This document shows, in pieces, positions 31,119 to 32,000 of a stretch of 32,000 nt of DNA. The first letter of the stretch is position 1. Every line of letters starts with the position of its first letter. The position numbers were made by a program, and so were the translations under genes. The notes beneath the pieces were generated by a model that did not search any database, was not told the DNA's origin, and saw only the letters and a list, made by a program, of their open reading frames with translations. The DNA is from Mycobacterium leprae TN (lineage in GTDB: Bacteria; Actinomycetota; Actinomycetes; Mycobacteriales; Mycobacteriaceae): positions 1,980,001 through 2,012,000 of the forward strand of contig NC_002677.1 of the NCBI RefSeq assembly GCF_000195855.1, given 5' to 3'.

Positions 31119-32000
31119 CTATACCCGGCTCAGGTGAGCACGCAGTGCCGAAATCAGCACACTCGTCGCAGCTGCACAGCCGCCGAGCGGAAACAAATTG
31201 GCGAAGCCGCGCGACAGCGAACCGAAGGAACGCAGGTACACCGTAGTCTCGTCGGCCCGCAGCACCGGCGCGCAGCTCTCACCTCGGTCGCACGCAATAG
31301 GGCGAATCCCACTACCGCGATCAGCGCCGGCGCCAGCCCGGCCAGCGACTCGGCCTGCAACGGCGACAACCGCAGATCAGCGTGCTCGATACCGCAGTCC
31401 TTCAAGTATTGCGCTTGAAATGAAATCCCTATCCCGCTTGGTCAACAAAAAACCACGGGCTAACAGCGTCATTGACCGGGTAATGTGTGTGTGCGAGCGG
31501 ATGAAGTCGGTCCGCGGGTAAAGCAGCCACTGCAGCACCGGAGCAGGGCCGTCGGCAGCTCGGACCAATTGGCACACCGTAGACGGCAGGTTACCGCCGG
31601 CGCTGTCCCCGCCCACCGCGACCGACCCGGAGCTGGCGCCGAGTTGCTGATACGCCTATTCAAGGCATCCTCGATCCCGGCCAGGGCCAGATACCCGGAT
31701 ACTCAGTCGCCAGTCGGTAGTCAATCGACAAGACGTGGATGTCAACTCGCGGCACGTCAACCGGCACAGCGCGTCCGTAGGTGTCCAGATCGCCGAGTGT
31801 ACAACCACCGAGGCTAGAAACGGGGCAGCCACGCCACTGTCCGGGCGATAGTACCGTGCCGAGATCTCACCATCCGGCACAGGCAACGAAATGTCGTTTA
31901 CTTCGACGTGGAGCTGCGAGCCCGGCAAACACAAAAGGAGGCCTAGCGCATTTTAGTGCGAGATGCGGCAACGTTGTCGTTGACGACCAAGCCGTCGGTA
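31119..32000 (-). pseudogene. lipN: Esterase/lipase LipN (HSL family) pseudogene; 5' part runs off the window
   Basis: Fragments: VNDISLPVPDGEISARYYRP, ALCRLTCRE, GGDSAGGNLPSTVCQL (GDSAG serine motif), LQWLLYPRTDF, ARGFLLTKRD, ADLRLSPLQAESLAGLAPALIAVVGF, GFANLFPLGGCAAATSVLISALRAHLSRV(stop). There are at least two frameshifts and internal stops. The HGGG oxyanion motif is replaced by VVVHSAIW. Confidence 0.8.

Overview
The window reads as a reductively evolved mycobacterial chromosome, and I recognise it as Mycobacterium leprae-like. Three things support this: a copy of the RLEP dispersed repeat, very high pseudogene density, and gene order matching M. tuberculosis blocks Rv2238c-Rv2247, Rv2924c-Rv2927c and Rv2965c-Rv2970c. 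Intact core genes: a DUF3052 protein, aceE, mabR, the fasII operon (fabD-acpM-kasA-kasB-accD6), fpg, rnc, a DUF177 protein, sepIVA, coaD, rsmD, and a VKOR/DsbA pair. One tRNA-Val(TAC) is present. No rRNA or CRISPR array was seen. About 40% of the window is decayed. Recognisable pseudogenes are an epoxide hydrolase, ahpE, pca (full length, 3.4 kb), lipN, a group II intron-type reverse transcriptase, a TacA/TacT-like toxin-antitoxin pair, and an AbiEi antitoxin flanked by two AbiEii-like toxin relics. I found no convincing intact novel system. The best leads: (1) a graveyard of TA/abortive-infection modules plus a 1-kb AT-rich island lying 3' of tRNA-Val; (2) RLEP and a truncated RT relic sitting at the two synteny breakpoints; (3) four statistically improbable perfect palindromes, three of them inside dead genes and one at the RT truncation point; (4) a C16G8 homopolymer hairpin; (5) an rsmD whose ancestral start codon appears lost. 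All homology calls come from reading translations by eye against remembered family motifs. Nothing was searched or computed beyond hand counts.
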